Below, piece by piece: positions 46,459 to 54,836 of a stretch of 64,000 bases of DNA. The notes below the pieces were generated by a model that had not been told where the DNA came from, did not search any database, and was given only the letters and a program-made list of their open reading frames with translations. A program made the position numbers and the translations under genes. Origin of the DNA: a virus; the IMG/VR virus record IMGVR_UViG_3300027976_003189, one strand, 5' to 3'. How positions within the stretch are numbered: position 1 is the first letter of the stretch; each line of letters starts with the position of its first letter.

Positions 46459-47152
46459 TTATGGCATCAGTAAAAGATATCTTATCAAAAACTTCAACCC
46501 TACTTTGAGGATTGCAATTATATATCTTTACCTTTCTTATTTCGGCAAATTCCTTTAACGCAGGATACGCCATATCATTATACTTAAATGCTTCTCTTTG
46601 TTGCTTATGAGGAGCCATCATATAATCTATTCTTCTTGGCTGTTTCTCTTTTGGCCAGAATTGCCAGAAATGACTCTTTTCACCTATCATGTATTGATCT
46701 ACACCCAGAAGGTATATACGCTTGCATCCCATTTGTACACAGAGGTCTATGCCGCTTGGTACGCTAGAGCAGTAAGATAAGCCGGTATCATCTGTATTGA
46801 TAACTCCTTCGCTTGTGGGACGTATATGAAATGTGTAAAATTCTGGAATTTCTTGGAAATGAGGTTTCCAACTATCTCTTACAATTTTATTACATGATGA
46901 TTTTTTTAACGCAGTCCACCAATCCCATCTTCTGCAAAGCGCATCGTTTGATATCCAATATCTTTTTTCTGGTGATCCATCTAACCAGGGCATCATAATA
47001 AAACTAGAATTAACGGATACAATTATATGATTATGTATATGCTCTAAAAGAGGGCTATTATAGACTTCAAGCAAGCTAGTTCCTGCTCCTATAACAAAAG
47101 CAGTCTCATTTTTATGCTTACCTATAAAATCAGTGTACGATTTCATTACCAA
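46445..47152 (-). CDS. DUF115/Maf-like protein (candidate nonulosonate transferase)
   Basis: GKHKNETAFVIGAGTSL, VSVN, VQMGCKRIYLLGVD, IYNCNP. Confidence 0.75.
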   Translation of the reverse strand: MVMKSYTDFIGKHKNETAFVIGAGTSLLEVYNSPLLEHIHNHIIVSVNSSFIMMPWLDGSPEKRYWISNDALCRRWDWWTALKKSSCNKIVRDSWKPHFQEIPEFYTFHIRPTSEGVINTDDTGLSYCSSVPSGIDLCVQMGCKRIYLLGVDQYMIGEKSHFWQFWPKEKQPRRIDYMMAPHKQQREAFKYNDMAYPALKEFAEIRKVKIYNCNPQSRVEVFDKISFTDAINDIK

Positions 47153-47490
47153 GGTATTTTATCCTCATCATCCTCATCATCATCCTCATCATCATACTCT
47201 TCGTCTAGGTCATCAAAATCATCTAAATCTTCTTCATCTTCAAAAATAGTTTCTAGAGTCTTTTTGCAGAATAGACATTCTACCGTATCAGGAACAGATA
47301 TATACTCTAGTTCTCTATCATCAGATGCATCATCATCATCATCATCATGACTTAGCATACTATTAATAGAATCTAAAATCTCTTGCTTTCTGTCAGGGTC
47401 AATCTCCTGTTGTATTGCACTAATAAAATTTTGAGTACCGCATTCTGGACATATCCACTCAAATGCCTGTATAAGACGAGCCTTCTCCAT
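47146..47490 (-). CDS. Zinc-ribbon protein with highly acidic tracts
   Basis: WICPECG ... VECLFC; poly-D/E segments. Confidence 0.7.
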   Translation of the reverse strand: MEKARLIQAFEWICPECGTQNFISAIQQEIDPDRKQEILDSINSMLSHDDDDDDASDDRELEYISVPDTVECLFCKKTLETIFEDEEDLDDFDDLDEEYDDEDDDEDDEDKIPW

Positions 47491-49438
47491 AAATAATTCC
47501 CTCTTTCTCGTTTTTCTTAACTAAACCTGATTCAAATAGAAATTGGCTAGGTCTAGCCGCTTTATAATTGGACCCTCCTTTGGAGAAAAACTTTCTCCTC
47601 TTACAATAAGATGTAAATAAAGCCTTCTCTGCTCTAGTTACTCCTACATAAAATAATCTTCTTTCTTCCTCAATACCTTCTGTTGTTTTTGTTTCAATAT
47701 CTTCTGATAAAGACATTCCGTGAGGCAATATACCGTGTTCAATTCCTACAATAAATACTATTGGGAATTCCTGTCCCTTAGACGCATGTAACGTCATAAG
47801 AGAGATTCTATTTCCATCCTTCTTCTTATCAGATGAAGTTATCAAAGATACCATCTGTAAATAATTTTGTATAGCCGTGTAGCCGTTATCTCCATCAGAA
47901 AACTCTCCTGCTGCTACAACCATACTTCTGACATTATCTATTCTATCTTGAAAATCTTCTTTATATTCCTTTTCCAAAAAATTAAAGTATTTTAATTTTG
48001 TAAGAACTTCATCAAGAGCAGTTGCGGCATTATGCCTATTTATATCTCCAATATCGAAAGAATCCTTAATTAAATCGTAAGCTGTTTTTAATTGTTGAGA
48101 ATTAGATACCTTTAAATATCTATCAAATGCATCCATTATAGCAATAGAGTTTTCATCTGCTATATTTTCTACCTTACCAATTGTTACATTTCCAAGACCA
48201 GCAATAAAAGATGACATTCTCTCAAATGCTATACTATCTTTCGGATTCATTAAAAATTTAAGAATAGAAAGACAATCCTTAACTTCTCTTCTATCATAGA
48301 ATGATCTGCCGCCTATAACAATATATTCCATTTTATTATTAGTTAAACTTCTCTCTATAGGTTCTGCCATACTATTCATGCGATACAATATAGCTATATC
48401 ACTATAAGCCCATCCTCCCTCATTAACTAATCTATGGATATGCTTAGAAACCCATTCTGCTTCTTCCATCTGGTCTTGCAACCTAACACAAACTGGATGA
48501 TTACCAGAATCGTTATCTGTCCTAAATTCCTTAGACATATGACTTTTGTTATGTCTTATAAGTTTATCAGCAATACTTATAATTTCTGGTGTTGATCTAT
48601 AATTCAAAGACAATTCTAAAACCTTACAGTTATCATGTCTTGCTATAAAATCATGAATATTTTGATATCTAGCTCCTCTGAAACGATAAACAGATTGGCT
48701 TAAATCTCCTACTCCAAGAATATTATTCCATTTTCCGGAAAATAAATTAAGCAATTCAAATTGAGCCTTATTCGTATCTTGAAATTCATCAACTTGTAAA
48801 TATTTGAAAGCATCTTGAATTTTATCAAGCGTTGGCTTAGATTCTTTTAGCAACCTAATTGATTCAGATAGTAATCCTGAAAAATCTACACAATCAGATC
48901 TCCTAAGTCTATCAATATAGTCATCCGCCAGTCTTATAAAATCTTCTCTATCATTAAGAGAAACTTCCATATGTTCATGAGTTTGTATATTTTCTCTATA
49001 ATTATTAACCGCTCTTACAATATTTAATATCTCATTTTTCTCTAAATCAAATCCTAACTGTCTTGAACATTTTAACATTAAATCTTTTTGATCGTTACTA
49101 TCTAGAATGGTAAATCTTTCGGACAACCCTATGTTAATACCGAATTTTCTAAGAAGCAACGCGCATAAAGAATGAAATGTTCCAACCCAAAGACCAGGTC
49201 TTTTTAAGCCGAGTCTCTTAGATATACGCTCTTTCATTTCGTCTGCCGCCTTGTTAGTAAAGGTCATACAGACTATAGATTTTGGAACTACACCTGAATT
49301 TATAAGTCTAGCGGTCCTCTCCACTAACATAGCGGTCTTACCGGATCCTGGAACACTTGTGACGAGACAGGGACCATCTTTATGACTGGCTGCTTCTTCT
49401 TGATATGGATTTAGATTTATCATTTGTTTATTTATCAT
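47459..49438 (-). CDS. pcrA: SF1 helicase PcrA/UvrD
   Basis: LNPYQ, VPGSGKT, TFTNKAA, GTFHSL, VDEFQDTN, VGDLSQSVYRFRGA, NYRS, TLHASKGQEF, EERRLFYVGVTRA. Start likely ATG 49438 (ATGA overlap). Confidence 0.95.
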   Translation of the reverse strand: MINKQMINLNPYQEEAASHKDGPCLVTSVPGSGKTAMLVERTARLINSGVVPKSIVCMTFTNKAADEMKERISKRLGLKRPGLWVGTFHSLCALLLRKFGINIGLSERFTILDSNDQKDLMLKCSRQLGFDLEKNEILNIVRAVNNYRENIQTHEHMEVSLNDREDFIRLADDYIDRLRRSDCVDFSGLLSESIRLLKESKPTLDKIQDAFKYLQVDEFQDTNKAQFELLNLFSGKWNNILGVGDLSQSVYRFRGARYQNIHDFIARHDNCKVLELSLNYRSTPEIISIADKLIRHNKSHMSKEFRTDNDSGNHPVCVRLQDQMEEAEWVSKHIHRLVNEGGWAYSDIAILYRMNSMAEPIERSLTNNKMEYIVIGGRSFYDRREVKDCLSILKFLMNPKDSIAFERMSSFIAGLGNVTIGKVENIADENSIAIMDAFDRYLKVSNSQQLKTAYDLIKDSFDIGDINRHNAATALDEVLTKLKYFNFLEKEYKEDFQDRIDNVRSMVVAAGEFSDGDNGYTAIQNYLQMVSLITSSDKKKDGNRISLMTLHASKGQEFPIVFIVGIEHGILPHGMSLSEDIETKTTEGIEEERRLFYVGVTRAEKALFTSYCKRRKFFSKGGSNYKAARPSQFLFESGLVKKNEKEGIIYGEGSSYTGI

Positions 49439-49647
49439 TTGTTTAAGATAACCAGACAAACAGCCAGTACAACTATAGCAACTATAATAACGCAACCCAG
49501 TGAAGCTAAATTCCACTCTAAACTATCTGATTTATCAGGTGCTTTTAAAATATCATTCCCGTCAGATAATGTTTTAACTTTTTCATGCCCGCTAGAAGTT
49601 AAGATATTAGTTTCTTTAACTACGCATTTATTTAAGTTATCAGTCAT
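49435..49647 (-). CDS. Small protein with a C-terminal transmembrane helix
   Basis: LGCVIIVAIVVLAVCLVIL. Confidence 0.6.
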   Translation of the reverse strand: MTDNLNKCVVKETNILTSSGHEKVKTLSDGNDILKAPDKSDSLEWNLASLGCVIIVAIVVLAVCLVILNK

Positions 49648-49912
49648 TTGATGTTTCCTTTTTCATAAACTTTAAAATTAGATTAGGGTCTGTAAATCCT
49701 ATAAATTCTTTAATTACGTTTGCACCGTTAAGCAATTGCAAATGAGGAAGTTCATCTACGGAATTTTTATCACAAAAGTCTTGAGTTTCTACAGACATAG
49801 CATCTATATAGTCATAGACAATATTTATTTTCCGGAGAATAGCCTCTTGCAATTTACACATCTCGCAATCGCTACTTCCAAAAAATCTTATTATAATATC
49901 ATCTTTGTTCAT
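49640..49912 (-). CDS. Thioredoxin/glutaredoxin-like protein
   Basis: CEMC active-site motif near the N-terminus and LP cis-proline motif; probable start ATG 49912. Confidence 0.7.
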   Translation of the reverse strand: MNKDDIIIRFFGSSDCEMCKLQEAILRKINIVYDYIDAMSVETQDFCDKNSVDELPHLQLLNGANVIKEFIGFTDPNLILKFMKKETSND

Positions 49913-50240
49913 CTTTAGCCAATTTGGTAGCAACCTCATTAAATGGGTATGCATCCATTATATCGATTCCATCTTCTGCGTTACTAGTGCTTTTTGCTAA
50001 ATGGACTTTAGATTCCATATCTAAATTAATTGTTTTTCCAATTATATCATTACAGAACTTTTCCATTAAATTATCAGGTATTGTTAAATTTGGATTTATA
50101 TTCATAGCCTGTTGTAAATCCGTACTTCTCCAGGCAATACTAAACTCTTCTTTAGTATTTATATCATACATCTTCCATGTAATAAGTTTTAGACCGGAAT
50201 CGTAATCTGTAGATATTATGGTAACTCTTCTTTTTGGCAT
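49899..50240 (-). CDS. Hypothetical protein
   Basis: 113-aa ORF overlapping both neighbours. Confidence 0.55.
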   Translation of the reverse strand: MPKRRVTIISTDYDSGLKLITWKMYDINTKEEFSIAWRSTDLQQAMNINPNLTIPDNLMEKFCNDIIGKTINLDMESKVHLAKSTSNAEDGIDIMDAYPFNEVATKLAKDEQR

Positions 50241-50965
50241 GCTTTTTCCTCTAAAGAAAGTCTTAGACCGTTTATAACACCATTGACAGCTTGCTCTTTA
50301 TCCATCTCGTTTCCATGAATTTTTAGATATGTCATTTTAGCTAACATATTGTCGCTTAATAGTCTTAAAACTATATGGTCGTGATATGTTCTATATGTTC
50401 CAGTCTTGCTATCATTTATATTTTCCTTACTAACACCAGATTTTTTCTCTATAGATAACATTTCTTTCCACCATTTTTCTGTCATCTCTTTTGTAACAGA
50501 TGAGCCATCTTCTGTTTTGACTAAATTACACTGATCTCTAACAATGGCAGATAAATCGTTCTGGTATAGTATCTTTAATCTCTCGAATCTTGGCTTAAAT
50601 TCTTCTTCTGGTATTATTCCGTATGTTCTACAGTTGTATGGCCTATGCTTATGTATCTGACAAAGCTTTGTATTCTTATCCCACATAACACACCCTTTAG
50701 TCGTACTAGATGATAAGTAATTTCGTAAAGACCTCTCAACCAAATTACAAATATCTTTAGGTTTCCATATATTTAGAATATGTTTCCAGACATTATGGAA
50801 TTCAACAGATAACACACTTGGGGATTGGTAGTTACAACACCAAGCTTTGCAACCATCAGTTTTAGCTATATTTTCCATACAACCCGTAGTTGATGGTATT
50901 TCATTGTAAACTTTTTTAAGTTTATCAATAGCTTTAACCAGGTTTTTATTATTTAAGTTAATCAT
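50216..50965 (-). CDS. YkgJ-like cysteine-cluster (Zn/Fe-chelating) protein
   Basis: C...CKAWCC, then C...LCQIHKHRPYNCRTYG. Confidence 0.8.
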   Translation of the reverse strand: MINLNNKNLVKAIDKLKKVYNEIPSTTGCMENIAKTDGCKAWCCNYQSPSVLSVEFHNVWKHILNIWKPKDICNLVERSLRNYLSSSTTKGCVMWDKNTKLCQIHKHRPYNCRTYGIIPEEEFKPRFERLKILYQNDLSAIVRDQCNLVKTEDGSSVTKEMTEKWWKEMLSIEKKSGVSKENINDSKTGTYRTYHDHIVLRLLSDNMLAKMTYLKIHGNEMDKEQAVNGVINGLRLSLEEKACQKEELP

Positions 50966-51560
50966 GTGATTTTACAGGAATAGAAGCGTTTTTATCTGTT
51001 GCTAAATCGTCAAAAGAAATCGTGACACCTTCTTCGTCAGGACTTCTTTCCACACAACCTTCTGGAACTTTGTCGATAGTTGACCACATATCTAAAACCT
51101 TGTTGGTTTCTGCTTTTTTTATAGTCATCAGAACCTCAGTTTTCAAACAAGAATCTTTATGTCCTTCCTTCATAAGAACATCGATAAGTTTCATCTCATC
51201 ACTAATTTTCCATGTACCTGCTTTTTTCCTCTTAGAAACCTTGCCAACTCCAGGAAAGCGAATTGCCTTTTCATTAAATTGATTCAAAGTTTCTACTATA
51301 ATCTTTTTAGCCTTTTCAACGTTCTCTTCTAAAGCAGATATCTCTTCATCTATAGCCTGAATCTTCTTCTTCTTAAATATTTTATATTTTTCAACAGATG
51401 AATTAGCATCTTTGATAAATAATAATATAGCCTCAATATTATCTATATCTTGCAAAGACCTAATATCACTAGATTTCAAAGCCTCGATAGCGTCAATTTT
51501 TCCTACTGCCGTTGGGTCCATACTCATAGTATTATCCTTTGAATTAATCTGTTTCAACAA
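50958..51560 (-). CDS. Mu Gam-like / Gp157-like DNA-end-binding protein
   Basis: Long coiled coil followed by RFPGVGKVSKRKK...IKKAE; located in the recombination cluster. Confidence 0.55.
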   Translation of the reverse strand: MLKQINSKDNTMSMDPTAVGKIDAIEALKSSDIRSLQDIDNIEAILLFIKDANSSVEKYKIFKKKKIQAIDEEISALEENVEKAKKIIVETLNQFNEKAIRFPGVGKVSKRKKAGTWKISDEMKLIDVLMKEGHKDSCLKTEVLMTIKKAETNKVLDMWSTIDKVPEGCVERSPDEEGVTISFDDLATDKNASIPVKSHD

Positions 51561-51879
51561 CTTCTTTCAAGATACCAGTTTTCTCTACACCATCAAAAAC
51601 TACATTTGCAAAAGACTGATCTAGCAGAATATGAATATCTCGCTTTGCTAATTCTTTTTTTGCAATAATGAAAGCTTTGTCAGCATTATTAACAGCTGCC
51701 GCTCCGACGCATCTCATCTTAACAGATCCGTGTTTCACAAAAACTCTAACAACGGCATTAGCTAGTTTTTTAACATAGCCTTTATCATTTTCTCTCCCTT
51801 TTGATCCAGAAATTAATAAAAGTGTTTGATCCACATCTGTGGACGATTTCAATTCTTCTGTTTTGTTTTCTTCTGACAT
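51544..51879 (-). CDS. spoVS: SpoVS-family protein
   Basis: VKMRCVGAAAVNNADKAFIIAK...SFANVVFDGVEKTGI matches the SpoVS pattern (AIGAGALNQAVKAVAIAR...AFTDIQIDGEERTAI). Confidence 0.75.
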   Translation of the reverse strand: MSEENKTEELKSSTDVDQTLLLISGSKGRENDKGYVKKLANAVVRVFVKHGSVKMRCVGAAAVNNADKAFIIAKKELAKRDIHILLDQSFANVVFDGVEKTGILKEVVETD

Positions 51880-52811
51880 TAAACTGATCCTTTGTTATAA
51901 AACTTATCCCTCTTTACATCAAGTTCGGGATCGCTCCATATTTTACTTAAATGACAATGAGACTTAAATTCGCATCTCTTACACTCTCTATCGTCTTTAT
52001 CTTTTGGCTTAGGAGGAGGAAGTACTCTTTTTTCTACCATTGATTGCATTATTAATGATTGATTCTTTACTACTTCGAAAGCTGCCTCGTCCTGGTTAAC
52101 CTGAAAAAAGGCCAAGTTTGAATCATTCTTATTTTCATATATTAATAAACCGAATGGTATTTCAAGAATATGAATATATATAGTTAACTGCGTAATATAC
52201 TCATGATGCGGCCCAACCTTCTTAACATAATTCTTAAATCCAAAATCATTACAAGTTTTCATATCTACTAAAACAGGATGTCTTGGAAGAACTTCTGCAT
52301 TAAATGATGTTTTTAAATCCCCATAAATTGTGTGATCAAAATTAGAAAAATCTAATATCTGGTCAGCATGGCCTATAAACCTAAACTCTTCTGAAACTAC
52401 AGATATTTCATGATAGAAGAAAGAGTTATTACCACAATTTATACATTCTTTTGGCTTGAAGATACCAATAATATCTTCCTCTCCATGCTTGTGGTGGCAA
52501 CTTGGAACCTTGCAAATCCAAACCCCTCGCAAAACTCCTATCTCCTCAAAGTATTTAGCCCACCTATTATGCATATTATGACCCTTATCAAAGAGTCTAA
52601 GAGTCTGGCTGTTAAACCCTTCTTCCTTCACTGTCAGTAAACCAAGAGATACATAGTGTTTGTATTGCTGGCGACGTAAACAATGTCCCCATTCACTAGG
52701 ATGATAGTTCTTGTATGACCTTTCTCCTTTTGATTGTAAATTTTTCCATCTAAGATGAGTATCAACTACTCCTAAAATAGATGATATAGTGGGAGATACA
52801 TATGGATCCAT
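51879..52811 (-). CDS. Cas4-like PD-(D/E)XK exonuclease with Fe-S cysteines
   Basis: HPSEWGHCLRR, GHADQI, VDMKT, QLTIY, CKRCEFKSHC. Confidence 0.85.
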   Translation of the reverse strand: MDPYVSPTISSILGVVDTHLRWKNLQSKGERSYKNYHPSEWGHCLRRQQYKHYVSLGLLTVKEEGFNSQTLRLFDKGHNMHNRWAKYFEEIGVLRGVWICKVPSCHHKHGEEDIIGIFKPKECINCGNNSFFYHEISVVSEEFRFIGHADQILDFSNFDHTIYGDLKTSFNAEVLPRHPVLVDMKTCNDFGFKNYVKKVGPHHEYITQLTIYIHILEIPFGLLIYENKNDSNLAFFQVNQDEAAFEVVKNQSLIMQSMVEKRVLPPPKPKDKDDRECKRCEFKSHCHLSKIWSDPELDVKRDKFYNKGSV

Positions 52812-53560
52812 TATTTTGCTTCCTTATTTACTACTTTGCCCTTGGCTTCCTTCAATTTTTCAACTACCATATTTGATCCATTTTTAATCACAAATTCGTC
52901 TGGATCAATTCCTGTCTCTAGGTAAACAGGAATAAAACGTATATTACTCTCTCCGTAAACACTCTTAATATGCTGCTCATATAAATCTAAAGATCTTTTA
53001 ACAGCTTTCTGCCCACTCTGATTTGCATCTGAATCAAATAGCAAAAAGACTTCAGAACAATATCTTAGTATCATAGACGCTTGAAAAATACTCAAAGCAC
53101 TTCCGCATAGTCCTACTGTCATATTTAATCCATAAGTATGAAAAGCAGCTACATCCATTTCGCCTTCAACTATTATACATTTTCCGGTTTTTAATATTGC
53201 TTTTTTGGCTAAATGGAATCCGTATAAATAAAATCCCTTATCAAAGGATTCGTGGAAAAAACGAAACGGATGGTCTTTCTCCATCCGCCTCGAAGATATT
53301 GCTACTATGTCACCATACGCATCACAAATAGGAGTTATAATTCGTCCTGCCAATTCATGCTGAACATCATCAGGACAATATCCCATCATAAAATCATCTA
53401 TGACAGAATCTGAAAACCCTCTTGTATCTTTTAAATACTTAAGGGCTTTCTCTCCATCCTTACTCCTCAGCGTCTTCATCCCCAGTTGTACTATGCTTTC
53501 CCTTTCCGGGTCTGGAAACACGCTTCTTCGGGATTGCAACATCACCATCCTCGCTTTCAT
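52811..53560 (-). CDS. dnaG: DnaG primase catalytic core (no zinc-binding domain)
   Basis: YLKDTRGF, GRIITPI...GDIVAISSR, LYG, IIVEGEMDV, GSALS, LFDSD, DPDEF. Confidence 0.88.
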   Translation of the reverse strand: MKARMVMLQSRRSVFPDPERESIVQLGMKTLRSKDGEKALKYLKDTRGFSDSVIDDFMMGYCPDDVQHELAGRIITPICDAYGDIVAISSRRMEKDHPFRFFHESFDKGFYLYGFHLAKKAILKTGKCIIVEGEMDVAAFHTYGLNMTVGLCGSALSIFQASMILRYCSEVFLLFDSDANQSGQKAVKRSLDLYEQHIKSVYGESNIRFIPVYLETGIDPDEFVIKNGSNMVVEKLKEAKGKVVNKEAK

Positions 53561-54758
53561 CTACTTCACTGTTAGCACTATTAGCACTATTAGCACTATT
53601 AGCACTGTTAGCACTGTGTGGCTTAACATTTTTTGCTGGCTCAAACGAAACTAATTCTGGAGGAAGTATAGTTCCTAACTCTTTCGATTTGGATTTAATA
53701 TCCTCTATAAGATCATTAACCAATACTGTATATTTTAATTTCTCTAAGAATTTGCCCTTGCCTTCCTCTTTAATTTCCTTCCAGGAATACACACCCTTCC
53801 TGACAGAAATAAGCTTAAGCTGTCTCCCTACTTCAAAGAGAACATCTTCGATATCAGGAAAATATGGCTCATAGTAAATAGGAATATCTACAACTTCCAT
53901 AAATGGTTTAGCAAATCTATTCTTTACTATTTTTGCGTTTGCCTTTCTACCAATCATTCTAACTTGGTCATTTTCATCAGAAACGTATATCTCCGCTTCC
54001 TTTTTATTATTCTTTGATAATCGTATTCGCAAAGAGGCATTAAATCGTAGTGATCTTCCACCTGGTGTCGTTTCAGGATTTCCGAACATTATTCCGATCT
54101 TTTCTCGAATTTGATTAATAAAAATAACCAATACACCAAATTTACCAGCATAATTTACAATCTTACGTAACTCTTTGGACATTAGCCTAGCCACATCGCC
54201 CATCTGTATATCATGCGCGCTACCTTCCATAGCGGCTTTTGTACTAAGATTGGCAACCGAATCTAGTACAATACACTTAATGCCATTCTTACACATATCA
54301 ATGATAGCATCGAATATGTCTTCTGCATAATAAGTTGTATCTACCTCATCTTCATTTGTCATATCTGCGTAGTATAACTCATCCTGGTTGACACCATTGA
54401 TTACCGCAAGGTTGTCAGAAAATGAATGCTCTGTATCTATCCAGGCACACTTCTGCCCCATCTTCTGAGCATAACCAACTACTCGGTAAGCTAAGGATGA
54501 TTTTCCACTTCCTTCTTCTCCAAATAGTTCAACAAGCTTTCCGGAAGGCATACCAATTTTATTTGGATCATACCCTTCTTTTGATGACAAGTCTATGCTA
54601 TCAGGACTAGAACCATTATTGATTATAAAATCCAACTTAAAATGACCAGTTGGAATATAGGACTGAATATCAGATCTTGCTCCCTTTCTAAGAAAGCCTT
54701 TAAGATTTGATAAAATTATATCTCTTGAATCTGCCATAATTTTCTCCTTGATAAGCAA
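53460..54758 (-). CDS. recA: RecA recombinase with a long low-complexity C-terminal tail
   Basis: IPTG, VELFGEEGSGKS, WIDTEH, VLDSVA, ARLMSKELRK, FINQIREKIGIMFGNPETTPGGRSLRFNASLRI; likely start MADSR. Confidence 0.96.
   Translation of the reverse strand: MLIKEKIMADSRDIILSNLKGFLRKGARSDIQSYIPTGHFKLDFIINNGSSPDSIDLSSKEGYDPNKIGMPSGKLVELFGEEGSGKSSLAYRVVGYAQKMGQKCAWIDTEHSFSDNLAVINGVNQDELYYADMTNEDEVDTTYYAEDIFDAIIDMCKNGIKCIVLDSVANLSTKAAMEGSAHDIQMGDVARLMSKELRKIVNYAGKFGVLVIFINQIREKIGIMFGNPETTPGGRSLRFNASLRIRLSKNNKKEAEIYVSDENDQVRMIGRKANAKIVKNRFAKPFMEVVDIPIYYEPYFPDIEDVLFEVGRQLKLISVRKGVYSWKEIKEEGKGKFLEKLKYTVLVNDLIEDIKSKSKELGTILPPELVSFEPAKNVKPHSANSANSANSANSANSEVDESEDGDVAIPKKRVSRPGKGKHSTTGDEDAEE
53572..53616 (-). 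repeat. 9-bp tandem repeat x5 (SAN)n in the RecA tail
   Basis: ttagcact(a/g) x5. Confidence 0.9.
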
Positions 54759-54764
54759 TTATAA

Positions 54765-54815
54765 AAGAAGGAGGAGACCCGTAAGATTTTACCCCTACAG
54801 GTCTCTCCTCCTCTT
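54765..54815 (-). terminator. Long hairpin plus U tract between ssb-like and recA (terminator/attenuator)
   Basis: Minus strand GGAGGAGA(GA)CCTGTAGG ... CTTACGGGTCTCCTCC followed by TTCTTTT. Confidence 0.7.
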
Positions 54816-54836
54816 AATTACTTATTACTAATAGTA

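Noticed and set aside
47155-47350. (tca)n / atcctc runs as a regulatory repeat
   Set aside because: They simply encode the poly-Asp/Glu tracts of the 114-aa zinc-ribbon protein.
51879-52811. Cas4-like nuclease as evidence of a CRISPR-Cas system
   Set aside because: No cas1, cas2, effector genes or array in the window; it sits with RecA, SSB and Gam-like genes, as phage recombination exonucleases do.
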